Assembly (NCBI RefSeq): GCF_000143415.4
Contig: NW_003314373.1
Span: 324,719-388,718 of the forward strand
DNA: 64,000 nucleotides
From: Selaginella moellendorffii
Taxonomy: Eukaryota > Plantae > Lycopodiophyta
Direction: 5' to 3'
The notes below the pieces were generated by a model. That model worked only from the letters and a program-made list of their open reading frames with translations. It did not search any database and was not told where the DNA came from. The stretch's first letter is position 1. Every line of letters starts with the position of its first letter. Of the stretch, positions 11,062 through 23,147 are shown piece by piece. The translations under genes were made by a program, and so were the position numbers.

Positions 11062-11466
11062 TGCTTCTTGGGAGATCCCGGAAGCTCCAATCCGGCGGGA
11101 AGGAGAGAATCCTTGGCAGGACTCGATAAACCCTAGCCTGGCGAGAGCTGCGCCAAACCCTCTGTGGCTCCACGTCTGATGTGCAGGACCACTGCCGCGA
11201 TCGCCACCGTCCGTCCAGGAGCGTGTAGGATCAAAGTAACTATTTCGCGCCATTGCGTTTTTTGCTGACTAAACAGTGTTGACTAACTCACTTGTAAGAA
11301 TTCTAGGGCCACCCTGTCCTGACTATATGACTTATTCCAAAGTTTTGTGATGAAAATTATGGTCAATTCAAGCATGCAAGAACTTAGATATATAAGTATA
11401 ACGCGAGCTCTTGATCCAAACAACACGGTGAAGACACACAATTCAGAGCTTCTAGATTTCTACTTG

Positions 11467-13017
11467 ATGGAGTTAGCACTCTCTAGTTTCGCGCTTCCTT
11501 TTCTTTTGCTAGTGCTCACCGGAGCTCTTAGCATTCTGGTCACTTTGTGGGATAAGAAGAAGAATTTGCCCCCATCTCCAGGATGGGCACTTCCATTGAT
11601 CGGCCACCTTCATCTCATTACGAAGCAGCCACATCGATCTTTGCAAGCACTCTCCAAAAAGTATGGGCCAATTATGTTCTTGAAGCTTGGGATGATCCCA
11701 AGCATCATTGTCTCCAGCCCAGAGATGGCGAAAGAAGCTCTCATGAACAATGGCTTGGCATTTGCTTCGAGGCCATATCTCTTGATCTCCGAGATTATTG
11801 GGTATGATTTCCAAAGCATTGGGATACACTACAGCGAGCATTCAAGGAGGCTGCGTAAGATGTGTGTGACTGAACTTATTGCTCCCCAGAAACTGGAATC
11901 CTCCTTGTGGGTGAGGTTCCAAGAACTCTCGAGAGCGTTTCGTATCTTGCGAAAGTCTAACGAGGAAAAAGTAGCTGTTGACATGAGATATCTCTTCTCA
12001 ACTTTCACATTCAACGCCTTCACAATGATCCTGATGAGCAAGAGATACTTTGGGGACACCACTGATGACAATGATCAACACAGGGAGATTAAACATGTTA
12101 TTAATGAAATCTTCAGCCTGGCAATCAAGTTCCACATCACCGAATTTGTTCCATCGTACCTCAGGTGCTTTTTAGAATGGCTCGATCCGACCATCCCTCA
12201 GTTCAAGAGATTGCACGAGAGGCAAGACAAGTTCATGAAGAAGATCATCAAAGAACACAAAGAGCCAACCGCTCGTCCCAAAGACTTCATGGACGCACTG
12301 CTCGAGAGTTTCAGCGCAGAAGACACAGTAAAAGCGTTTATAACAGTAAGTTCACTCCACATATAAACTTATTCCTTATACCATCGTGGTTGACAGGAAT
12401 TGTTGCTAGCATCTGATTCAACGGCCGTGGCTGCTGAATGGGTGATGGCACAACTTCTTCACAATCCTCATGTTTTGGAGAAAGCTCAACTCGAGCTCAA
12501 CCTTGTCGTGGGTCCAAATCGCCTGGTTCAAGAGTCTGATTTCTCAAAGCTGGAGTACCTTCAAGCAATCATCAAGGAAACCTTGAGGCTTTGTCCTCCA
12601 GGTCCACTCCTCATTCCTCGCAGCTCTGACGAAGCTTGCACGATTGGTGGCTACTACGTTCCCAAAGGCTCAACACTCTTTGTCAATGCTTTCGCCATTG
12701 GACGCGATCCAAGTATCTGGGAAAGCCCCACAGAGTTCATGCCCGAGAGATTCCTTGGGAGATCAGTGGATTTCAAGGGCCAGCACTTTGATCTCATACC
12801 ATTTGGATCGGGGCGGCGGATGTGTCCTGGAATGCCACTCGCATTAAAAGCGCTTGAGCTGCTCTTGGCTAACCTTGTCCATGGATTTGATTGGAGCTTC
12901 CCTCCCGGAGAGATCCAAACTCTTGAGGATTGCTTTGAGACGACGCTGCTGCTCAAGTCTCCTCTAAAACTCCTGGCAGTTCCAAGACATTCAGCGTCTG
13001 TGTATGCTGAAATCTGA
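11467..13017 (+). CDS. Cytochrome P450, CYP71 clan (A-type); intron 12346-12396
   Basis: N-terminal TM, PPSPGWALPLIGHLH, ETLR, PERF, PFGSGRRMCPG; phase-0 intron just before the I-helix. Confidence 0.93.
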
Positions 13018-13479
13018 AATCTGAACTGATACTGTTAAATAACGTGGACGTTCTTAGCTCTGTTTAGCTCCTTCATCTCTCAAAGGCTCCGTCAGGACTC
13101 TTTGCGCAAGCAAGCTTCCACATCTAGTGTGCTGTTCGCCACTATTACCACGGAAAGCCTTCAGCAGCAGCTTGCTTTCAAGGCTTCCAAAGGTATTCAG
13201 AAGTGCAAGTTTACTTGCTGTCTGGAAAGAGATGAGGTCGCGAATAGCGCATTGCATCATGCTGTTGACCACGCCAATCGACTCCACAAACAAAATTCAT
13301 ATAATCTGGGCGACGGATTCATCTGAAATACAAGCGGCCATTTGAAATTTCTACATAGTTCTCGCATTCTTTATGCTTTTTTCTTTACACAGCGCCAAGG
13401 AAGCTTGCAAAGAGAAAAAATGCCACCGTTTAGAATTTTTTGTGGAAACTTACTCGAAACTTGAATTTTTCTCTAGAGG

Positions 13480-14075
13480 ATAATGCTCTTGACTGACTTG
13501 GCAGAGTCTTGTTCAAGAACTTCTGGGTAAGCATGACTTTGGCATTCCCTGAGAAGATAGAGAAGTCAATTTGCATTTTTCATGAGATCGAGCAAGTGCA
13601 TGTATTCGTCGCCCAGTTGCCTTGCGATTGCGACTCTCCCATGCCAGTTGAAGCGCGAGGTTGACAGGTTTAAGCTCTGTTCCGTCCACGATACCCCAAC
13701 AATCCTTGGCAAGTAGGATCAGTTACACCACCATATTGCATCTTTCAAAGGTTGTTCCCATGAATTCTGATTCTGGATGCGCAGGAGGTGGGGGAGGAGG
13801 AGGAGGGTAGAAGAAGATGTGGCCATTGTTTAGAGACTAGAGTGGAATCTAGTAAGGAGGTGGAGAAGGGGATGAGTCATTCCTAGGGATAGATTGGCTC
13901 CATCCTGCGCAGATGTTAGAGTAGCGAGGGCATCACTGCGTTCGTTCCCTCCTTTTGCACTCCTGGGTTCCGTGTTCCACTCTCGCAAGTGTTGCGAGTG
14001 CTTGCGCCCTCTCACCTTCATCGGTCCGTATTCTCTGATGCTAGTGGGGATTGGCCATTGGAACCAGATACCATG
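13480..14075 (-). mobile_element. Ty1/Copia remnant (gag N-terminus, possible PBS)
   Basis: Minus-strand LILLAKDCWGIVDGTELKP...AWESRNRKA resembles Copia gag; CA|TGGTATC PBS-like site near 14075. Confidence 0.55.
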
Positions 14076-14169
14076 TAGAATTTAACTCATAGCATGTCAG
14101 TTATATATTTATATATCTCTCGCTATGTCTCTTGACGTTTGGCTGAAGTGGCATTCGTGTTTTTCCACA

Positions 14170-14700
14170 GCTTCCATCCCTCAGCTTTGATCTCTATCTT
14201 TGCAACCTCCTTATTCTCAATATGTATGGAAGGTGTGGCAGCATTTTAGGTGCCCAGGCGATATTAAGTCCATCACAAATTCCAATAATTTCTCCTGGAA
14301 CATCATCTTTGGTGTACATGCCCAGAATGGGCATTTGTAGCAAGCCAAGAACACCTTCGAATCTTAGAATGCCAGATTCAAATGTGGTGCATGGCAACAG
14401 CATAGGCGAGCCAATGAGATGTCGCCTCAAAAGGACATTGCCTGTTGGAATGGAATGATGCATGCCTATCTCTTAGGCTGGTGAAGTTGATGTTGACACC
14501 ATTCCAAATATGATAACTTTCAATGTGATAATTGTCATGTATTTAAAATGGGATTTCTTGATCTTGCTAAGATTTTGCTTTATTCGTTGTCATAGCATTA
14601 TTTGGCAAGCAACATTACTTTCCACCTCCTAACATCTTGAATTATATTGAAATATTTTTGGAAGCATGAGAGATCGAGTGACATGGGCTAAAGTTCTCAA
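14170..14700 (+). pseudogene. Decayed fragment of the PPR gene at 16992
   Basis: Clear nucleotide similarity to 17139 onward (GATCTCTA.CTTTGCAACCTCCT...TATGGAAGGTGTGGCAGCATT) with frameshifts and deletions. Confidence 0.85.
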
Positions 14701-16567
14701 TGGAGTTCACTCCAAGTAGCTTCATAGCTGCACAATCTTGGTTGCCAAAGACCAGCTTTATTTTTGACTCAAAGCTGATAAGTTACCTAAACTCTTTAGA
14801 GGATGAATCCTTGCAAGAGGTATTCAAGAATATTCTGATTAGTACACAAAAATAAGTTTTCTAGAATATTTTGAAAAAGTGTTATAATCATGAATAAAAT
14901 TATTTTGTATTTGTTGTTTGTTATTAAGATTTTTAATGAGATAAGATATTTTACAAGTGAAATTTTATGTATTATATTTATTTCCTAGAAAGTTGAGATT
15001 TTTTTAAAAACTTTTTTCTATCTAAAGTCAATAGCACATTGCAATTGAAAAAGAAAATTATTTTATTATGTATGAAATGACCTAAATTTATAATCTTTTT
15101 CCCATTAATACATACATTGAATATCTCAAGAGAGTCATACAACTTTTACATTAGTACCTGAATAAATATAAAATTTTGCTATAAAAACTGAGTTAATTGA
15201 TTGTTAGAGATAAAATTCATTGTATTTTTGTTAGTGATAATTTGAATTGTTAATGCAAGCGCCTCATGTAGTTAAATTGATTGATGAAGATTCATATGAG
15301 TACAAAGCTTTTACATATTTCCCATACCATCTCATTGTCATGCCAGACCAGCATTATCTTATAGATATTCTCAGTCATAGTATAGAGCTCTCACTATACT
15401 TTTAAGGTGTTATATGATAATTGTAACCTAAAACTTTATTCTTAAGGTTTCAACTATGGTTATGTGGGAAATAGTTTACTAGAACTTTTTGGACTTTTAG
15501 ACTTTTATTGAAAGTGCTTGAGTTGCTCTTGACTTTGTCCATGGAAATTCTAGCTCATCATACTCATGCTTTTGAGTTAATCATGGATTTCTATCTGTGA
15601 TTAAGTTTAGCTAACTTTGGCCAAGGATACTTTAACTTATCTTACTCATGCTTTTGAGTTAGTTGTGGATTTCAATCCATGATTAAGTTAGGCCTTACAC
15701 CACTTTAGTTTAGGGGGAATGATGTCATATGTATTTACTAAGGATTATATTTACTATTGTTATAGTAGAAATTGAACCCTAAACCTCTAAAACATGACAT
15801 ATTAAGTTTTTGAATTAACTTGGATTGGACCAAATTAATTTTCAAAACCCTTATTTATTATTGTTATTGTTATTATTGTTTTAGTAATTTATTAATATGT
15901 CTTCCCTCCTCTTGAATATTAACTCTTGATAAACATACCATTGTGGAGCTTGTTGTCAATGATATCAAAGCCCCCTCCACTACCACCCTCAGTTGCTAAC
16001 CACCTTCTTTCATTTAAAATTTTTTGGTGATACAAACTCTGAATTTTCCTCCAAATTTGGTATATGAATCAGTGGTTAAAAATACTTTTTGGTACATTTT
16101 TTTATCCAGAAGGGTAGGAGATTTTATATTTCATGTGTACCACCAAAAGCCTCTAGTAGCAGCTTGCCACAAGTAAATTTCTACTCAAACGCTTTGCAAA
16201 GAAGTTTGCAAGGAGAACAAATGCCACTGGAGCTTGCCATCAGTGACATCAAGCCATGCCACTGCCACCGTCACATTCTTTCACTTTGAATTTATTTAGT
16301 GGAAACTTCTCTACTCCAAACTTGAATTTTCCTCCAGACTTGGCATATGGACCGATGCTGCTACTAAAGTCATGGCAATTACGTATGATTATACTATTAA
16401 TCATCTGAAATCAACGTTGGTAGTCTGCATGCATACATGGGTACTAATCAGATCAAGTTTGAATTATTCAGGTCTCAAAGTTTAGTCTGAAATGCTAAGA
16501 TAGAATCTTCAAATCTAAAGATGAAAATTATGCCACAGTACTTTGCATCGGGACTTCGCATATAATA

Positions 16568-16860
16568 GAACCTTGTCGTGGGGGCCAAACCGCCTGGTCG
16601 AAGAGTCCGATTTCTAAAAGCCCGAGTATTTTCAAGCTATTATCAAGGAAACGATGAGACTTTGCCCTCCAGCACTCCTCCTCCCTCGCAGCTCTGGCAA
16701 GATCGGTGGCTATGACATCCCCAAAGGTTTATCAATGCTTTCCATGGGACGCGACCCAAGAACACCCCACGAAGTTTATGCCCGACAGATTCTTTAGAAG
16801 CTCGACGGACATCAAGGGCCAGCATTTCGAGCTCATGCCATTTGGGATGCCACAGTTAAT
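16568..16860 (+). pseudogene. Fragment of P450 exon 2 (copy of ~12500-12830)
   Basis: AACCTTGTCGTGGG...ATCAAGGAAAC...TTTATGCCCGACAGATTC...AAGGGCCAGCATTTCGAG, with indels. Confidence 0.85.
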
Positions 16861-16991
16861 ACTCTTTGCGAAAGGAGCGAAAGGTTTATACTCTTTGCTA
16901 CTCAAGAGTCGATGGCAATTCCAAGGCACTCCTTGGATGTGTGTAAGACCTTTTAAAACTACTATATATATTTTGATGAGATTTATTTGCC

Positions 16992-18833
16992 ATGGCTACG
17001 ATTCTTCCAAAATCTTTGAAGCCGGGATACTCGGACGATCGCGCAAGGGAGCAAAACTACTTTGCCAGTCTTCTCAAAGATTGCACAGGCTCAAGAAATC
17101 TCCAGCAAGGCAGGCAAATTCACGCTCGAATTCTAGAGCTTCCATCTCTCGGCTCTGATCTCTACCTTTGCAACCTCCTCGTTCTCATGTATGGAAGGTG
17201 TGGCAGCATTGCAGATGCCCAGGCGGTGTTTGAGTCCATCGCTAATCCCAATGATTTCTCCTGGAACATCTTGTTTGGTGTATATGCCCACAATGGGCGT
17301 TTGCAGCAAGCCAAGAACACCTTCGATAGAATGCCAAATCCAAATGTGGTCTCTTTCAACTCCATGGCCGCGGCATACGCCCAAAACGGCGAGCTAGATC
17401 GAGCCAAAGAGATGTTCGATGCAACGCCTCGAAAGGACACTGCCTCTTGGAATGGAATGATGCATGCCTTCTCTCAGGCTGGACAGGTCGACGCTGCGAG
17501 AGAGATTTTTGACACCATGCCTCACAAAGACGTCGTGTCGTGGTCGTGTGTTATTTCAGCATATGCCCAAACCGGGCATCTTGAAGAAGCCGAGTCCTTG
17601 TTTTTGAGAATGCCAAATCCAAATGTGATAACTTTCAACGCAATGATAGTCGCGTATTCACAAGCTGCATTGTTCGATCGTGCGAAAAGTCTGTTTGATT
17701 CAATGCCGGAGCGGGATTTGGTGACATGGGCAACGTTGCTCTCCACATATGCCCAAAAGAAAGACCTCCAAAACGCGGAGTTCTTGTTCAAAAGCATGCC
17801 GAGACACGACATTCTGTCAATGAACGTGATGATCAATGCTTACGTTCTTAATGGTCAACTTGAGAAGTCCATCTCTACTTTTAAATCTATGCGCTACAAA
17901 GATGTTGTTTCATGGACGTCTGCTCTTTCCGCATATGCCCAAGCAGGTCATGTTGGCGACGCAAAGTTGCTCTTTGACAAGATGCCGGAATGGAACGTTG
18001 TCTCATGCACGACCTTGATCTCACTATTTGCGCTCAAACAAAGGCTAGAAGACGCTACAGTCTTGCTTGACTCAATGCCTGAGCACGACGTCATTGTATG
18101 GAACGCAATTTGTGCAGAATATGCCAACAATGGGCATCTTGAGGAATCCAAGAAGGTGTTTGATTCCATGCCATACAAGAACTTGGAATCCCTCCACGCA
18201 CTGATGGCCGCTTACGTGCACAACATGAAACTTAACGAGGCTAGACAGCTCCTCGATTCCATGCAAGTCCGAGATATAGTTTCCTGGAACACTCTCGTCG
18301 CTGCTTATGCCCAAAACGGTCAAATGGATCGAGCAAGCGGGCTCTTTCGAGGTCTCCCTCAAACCGACGTGGGAACCTGGAGTTCTATGATCGCTGGGCA
18401 TGCAAAGGCTGGCCATGGCGAGAAGGCCGTCCAAGTTTTGAGTGAGATGGTCATGGAAGCCGTAGCACCCGACGAGCTAACTTTCGCGAGCGTTTTAGCA
18501 GCTTGCAGCCATGGAGGGCTGCTCGAGCAAGGCACACGCTACTTCCTTTTGATGAGCTCGGACCTCGGGATCAAGCCGCTGGTGGAGCACTTCTCGGCGA
18601 TGGTGGACATTTACAGCCGAGTCGGGCTGCTCAAGTTTGCCGAGGAGCTGATTGAGACGATGCCGTTTGTGCCGCAGCCGGAGACTTATCGAGCTCTGAT
18701 GAGTGCCTGCGAGACCCAGAAGAATTCGTCGCTGGGGTCTCGAGCTGCCGAAAAGGTTGTTGCTTTGGATCCTGCTAAGTCGACATCGTATATAATGCTT
18801 TCGAATATGTACAGGGACAAACTTACTAGTTAG
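16992..18833 (+). CDS. Pentatricopeptide repeat protein, PLS/E class
   Basis: 613-aa ORF with tandem ~31-aa repeats, VLAACSHGG, YIMLSNMY. Confidence 0.95.
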   Translation: MATILPKSLKPGYSDDRAREQNYFASLLKDCTGSRNLQQGRQIHARILELPSLGSDLYLCNLLVLMYGRCGSIADAQAVFESIANPNDFSWNILFGVYAHNGRLQQAKNTFDRMPNPNVVSFNSMAAAYAQNGELDRAKEMFDATPRKDTASWNGMMHAFSQAGQVDAAREIFDTMPHKDVVSWSCVISAYAQTGHLEEAESLFLRMPNPNVITFNAMIVAYSQAALFDRAKSLFDSMPERDLVTWATLLSTYAQKKDLQNAEFLFKSMPRHDILSMNVMINAYVLNGQLEKSISTFKSMRYKDVVSWTSALSAYAQAGHVGDAKLLFDKMPEWNVVSCTTLISLFALKQRLEDATVLLDSMPEHDVIVWNAICAEYANNGHLEESKKVFDSMPYKNLESLHALMAAYVHNMKLNEARQLLDSMQVRDIVSWNTLVAAYAQNGQMDRASGLFRGLPQTDVGTWSSMIAGHAKAGHGEKAVQVLSEMVMEAVAPDELTFASVLAACSHGGLLEQGTRYFLLMSSDLGIKPLVEHFSAMVDIYSRVGLLKFAEELIETMPFVPQPETYRALMSACETQKNSSLGSRAAEKVVALDPAKSTSYIMLSNMYRDKLTS

Positions 18834-18864
18834 TAGACCTGCGCACTGCAAAGGAAGAAAGAAA

Positions 18865-20215
18865 TTAAGGGGAGAAGAAAAGCTTAATACCTTGCTTACC
18901 AGCAATCTCACGAGCATGGCTTTGCCTTTTCACTGCGTGGTTTTTGAGAATTTCTTTCTTGATGTCGGCCGAGAGCTTGTAGCTCACAAGGCGGATAATG
19001 GGAGCCCAGAAAGCCTCGAGCAGTGTCCTGGCGAAGCTCGCGGGAGCAAGCATCCCGCGAGTGAGCACCACCAGCGGGAAAAACGACTTCGGTGCCACGA
19101 GAAACGAGCCTTTCTTGACAGCATCGAGCGTGACCTCCGCGAGCTTATCGGGTGACTGCATCGTCTTGGGATCATATCGATTGAGTATCTTGAGCATTGT
19201 TTCAAACTCGCCATCCTTGTCCACTGCAAAAAGTGTAGACTGTCACGGCTAGAAATCTTTCAAGTGTAAGTACCTTGATCTATAAGAGCAGTGTCGACAA
19301 AGCCAGGACAGACGAGATTGACATTGATGTTATACGGCAAAAGCTCGAGATGGAGACACTCTGCTAATCCTCGTAGAGCATGCTTGGTTGCACTGTACAC
19401 TGAGCTCCCGTACAAAAGGAACTGGAGAAAAGATCAACACAAGATATAAAGAGAGATTCCTATAGAGTGAAGTATACCAGTCCTGCTCCGGAGCTGACGA
19501 TCACAATCGAGTGCTTCTTTTCGCTTGCGAGCGGCTTCATGAGTGGAAGCGCGGTGTGGACTGTATGAATCACTCCCATCAAGTTCGTCTGGACTTGACC
19601 TGCATGAACTTCCACCGGGACTTCGTCAAAGTATCCAGCCTTAGTGTACCCCGCGTTGCAAACCAGGACGTCGATTGGTTTCCACGAGTGAGCCTCGCTC
19701 ACGGCGGAGGATATCGCGTTAAAATCGCCAACGTCGGCCACCTGATAAAAGTAGGATAACTCCAAGTAAGAACTTGGAAAAATTCCAATCAAGTAAGAAC
19801 GAATAAAGAAAGCAATCCAAAGGACGAACAGAAGAAAACAAGACGAAAGAAACAAGAAACAAAGAGCAAAACAGCAAAACAAAAAGCTATCAGAACGATG
19901 GACGATCAAGGCAGAAAGAGATGTATGTATACATACCAAAACTTTGATGCTATGGCTGTCGCAGTGCGCTTCACTCACAAGAGATTGAGCCGCCTTGTCG
20001 AGCTTGAGCTGGTTTCTGGCCGAGATGGTAACAAATGCCCCTTGGAGGAGGGCCTGCTTGGCAATGGCGAGCCCAATGCCGCTGGAAGCTCCTGTGATAA
20101 AGACGTGCTTGCCCGCCAGCGATGGGATAGCCAGTTTCTTCCTCCTGCCAAATGTAAGAAATGCAAACGCCACCGCCGCTGCCGCTGCCGCTCCCGCCGC
20201 CACTAGCCCCGCCAT
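18865..20215 (-). CDS. Short-chain dehydrogenase, 3-ketodihydrosphingosine reductase (TSC10/KDSR)-like, multi-exon
   Basis: N-terminal TM, HVFITGASSGIG, DVLVCNAG, YSATK catalytic motif (19380-19400), CPGFVDT. Confidence 0.85.
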
Positions 20216-20510
20216 TGCTCCCGCGCTAGGGCTCACATCAATTCGATTTGGGGTTTATCTTTACTTTACTGCTACACTCTTTTGATTTTGATAAAATTGA
20301 TAATTCTTGATCTTTTCGTTAAATAAAAGAATACTAATTGCTATGGAAGTTGGCCCCTATTGTGTCTTGTTCTAGAACCCAGAATTATTGGGTTTGTCTT
20401 TTTTTTACTATAGCATTATTTTTAAAAGTTGTAATAACTAAGCATATCCTATTTTAATGCTATTTAAAAAGCCTTTATAAAGCAGATATAAACCATTTCA
20501 TACTTAAAGA

Positions 20511-20963
20511 ATGACAGAGTTTGTTGTAGTTGTTTTCCTTTATTCATTTTTACTATATTTTCTTTTAGTTGGTGGGTATTTGCCAAGTGAAGCAACTCAA
20601 GATTGTATATCAATTGGTACACAAGATCCACCTTCTCCCCAAGCATATTGTCATGTAACAAATCTGTGTAAAGTTAGGTACTTTAATAATTTTTGGGAAA
20701 ATGGAGAATATACTGCCTCGGGAGGAGGAATTTATGTCACAATTACTGTTAATAGAATGTATAGTAGGGCATCAATTCAACAAGATATAGAACAAGCTTT
20801 TAATTTTATATGGATTAGATGTATATCAGTGCTACGTCAAATGGGTGGTTTTGTTTATTTGAATGATGGAAGTTTATCAGTTAATGTTCAGATTGCACGA
20901 AGAAGAGAGTTATTAAAAGATCTTGATAGAATTAAAATAACAAAAGAATGTTCATCTTTATAA
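20511..20963 (+). CDS. Small secreted protein, putative LDL/Y3-lectin or DUF26-like fold (copy 1)
   Basis: Intact 150-aa ORF in AT-rich DNA with hydrophobic signal peptide; frame conserved in copy 2 and homologous to the N-terminal domain at 58263-58670. Confidence 0.75.
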   Translation: MTEFVVVVFLYSFLLYFLLVGGYLPSEATQDCISIGTQDPPSPQAYCHVTNLCKVRYFNNFWENGEYTASGGGIYVTITVNRMYSRASIQQDIEQAFNFIWIRCISVLRQMGGFVYLNDGSLSVNVQIARRRELLKDLDRIKITKECSSL

Positions 20964-22742
20964 ATACCATTAATATTATAAAAAAATTATTATTTATAAA
21001 TTTAAAATAAAAATTAATAAAAGAATATAATCCAGAGTGTAGTATTTAAAACATATAATATAACAGATATTAAAACTATGATTATGATACATGACTTATG
21101 ACATAAAATGAAACAAACACAATATTAAGTGGTAGTATAGTTTGAAAAACAAAATATTTCCAAAATATTTTTTGAAATAAGATAGTTAGAGATATTATAA
21201 TTAAATTCATTAGTTTCAAAATAATTTACTATAGTTTCCTAGCAGCAATATCTGGTCTTCTTGGGGTTAGTTTCCAAGAAAAATAGTTAGAGAGGAGGAA
21301 TTTAAAAAACTACTCTTAAATCTTATAAGTTTTGATATGATAGTTTGATGATGATTAAACTTATACATATAAGGTAATAATTTGTTGCACATTACATGCT
21401 TTTAAGAATGTCATTGAAGTTATAATTAAAACTTGAAAACACTTTTTTCACATCATCCTCAATTTCCCATATAACCTCGTCCATAGAATAACCATTCCAC
21501 CAAACCAACAACTCCCAAATTGTCTTGCAATTTGTTTCACCAACCTTTAAAAAAAAAATTTGGTTAGATAAACTTTATTAGTATTAATCTTTGGGACCTA
21601 AAATTCACAACATCACTAGAGTACAAACATGTTTTAAACTTGCTTACATAAAATGTTGCATATGCAACAAAATTGTAGATAATACAATATAATATTGTAG
21701 AGACAATTTAGCACTACCCTTTTAGATATTGTTATGCATTTAATAGTTTAAGGAAAATTTTGTCACCAACTTTATATTTCTCATAATTATGATGTGCATT
21801 AGCCAATTTCTTGTTTCATTCTTGAACTTGTCTTATGTTCAACTTTGCCACTTTCATATCCTCAAAAAAATCACAAGTATGAGGCACTTAAACTAAAGAT
21901 AAAATTAAACTCATGAGAGACTTGGGCTTATAGCTATACATGACCATGAATAGAAACACGTAAATATCCAATTGATGAGTGTTATTATGAGCAATCTAAA
22001 GTCAAGGCAAATGATTCTCCCATACTCTTAATATCGAGTCAAGTTTTCCATAAAAGATTTTAGCATATATTCCAATAGCTAGTTTATAATTTTTATTTGT
22101 CCATTTGATTATGGATGTTTGCCACTAATTATACTCAGCTTATCTCTAACTTCTCAAAAATCATTTGCCAAAACTTATCCTCTCCCTTTAACCTATTTGG
22201 AAAGGGGGCAATTATTTAATGTGAGATATTTTAATGGCTATTTAATCCTTATATATCTTCTATACTTCCAAGAATTCACAACAACAATATATCTAAACTT
22301 CATCCCATGATCACATGTGTTACATTTAGTCAAAATGTTATGATGATATATTAAGGGCAGCTTTTAGGGGTCTGAATGTGGTTGTTATACTAAACCATAC
22401 GTTGGTCTTATTCATAAAATTCTTATATAAATTTATAAAAAAATTATTATATGTCAAGAATTAATACTGATAAAATTAAAATTAAAAAAACAAAAAAAAA
22501 GTACAAATACATGTTTAGTTTTCAATATATATCTTTATATATCTTTGTCTCATTCAATATTGGATGTTTTCTATAATTTATTGCTTCTTAACTATGAATT
22601 TATCAAAACTAAATACAAGTTTTAACTGTTTCAATTGTCCATACCATTGTTTTTGTAGAACTTTAAATGCTTTTATTTATAGCATCACTACAACATTTTT
22701 TAATTAATTTAAAATCTCATAATGCTTATATTACCTTCTTCT

Positions 22743-23147
22743 CTACTGAAATACTACATCATCATAACCATCATGTGAATAATCACCATCAAATGCCCAA
22801 TTTTCCCATCCATACCAACCTTTAGTTTTAAAATGACCATTACCAATAAATGATACACCATCAAATGGTACATTATTTATTATTTTAGAGCACTTTTCTG
22901 CTGATAGTGTATCATAATCAAAGTAAGCAAATTCATTACCTTTTCTCCATAAAATAACATTTGCTTTATAAACATTACAATTTGCAAGAGCAAATTTCAT
23001 ATCTGGAGCCCAATTAAAATTATCTTTTCCTTCAATGATTGTTACTGTATAAAGAAGTTATTAATTAAGGATTAAGTTCAAAATATTATACTTACACTGA
23101 TATATATTAAATAAAAATAAAAGATAGAACCAGGTATTAAAACCCAT
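22743..23147 (-). CDS. Small secreted protein, 117 aa, with G.F...G..GW.NWAF.G motif (copy 1); exons 23147-23096 and 23044-22743
   Basis: Exon 1 encodes the signal peptide MGFNTWFYLLFLFNIYQ; a 51-nt GT-AG phase-1 intron joins it in frame to LTIIEGKDNFNWAPDMKFAL...; structure conserved in three copies. Confidence 0.8.

Noticed and set aside
10360-11136. 258-aa plus-strand ORF
   Set aside because: Antisense to the GC-rich DOMON exon
13054-13345. Coding-like stretch after the P450
   Set aside because: Only short ORFs and no identifiable family
15555-15730. Two imperfect ~50-bp direct repeats followed by AGGGGGAATGA|TGTCA
   Set aside because: Probably old LTR-element debris; not a CRISPR-like array and too decayed to call
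2644-18833. High PPR density as a novel system
   Set aside because: Expansion of PLS-class editing factors is well known in this kind of genome
20964-21300. Possible eroded lectin domain after the 150-aa gene
   Set aside because: No QxDxNxVxY remnant found in either copy
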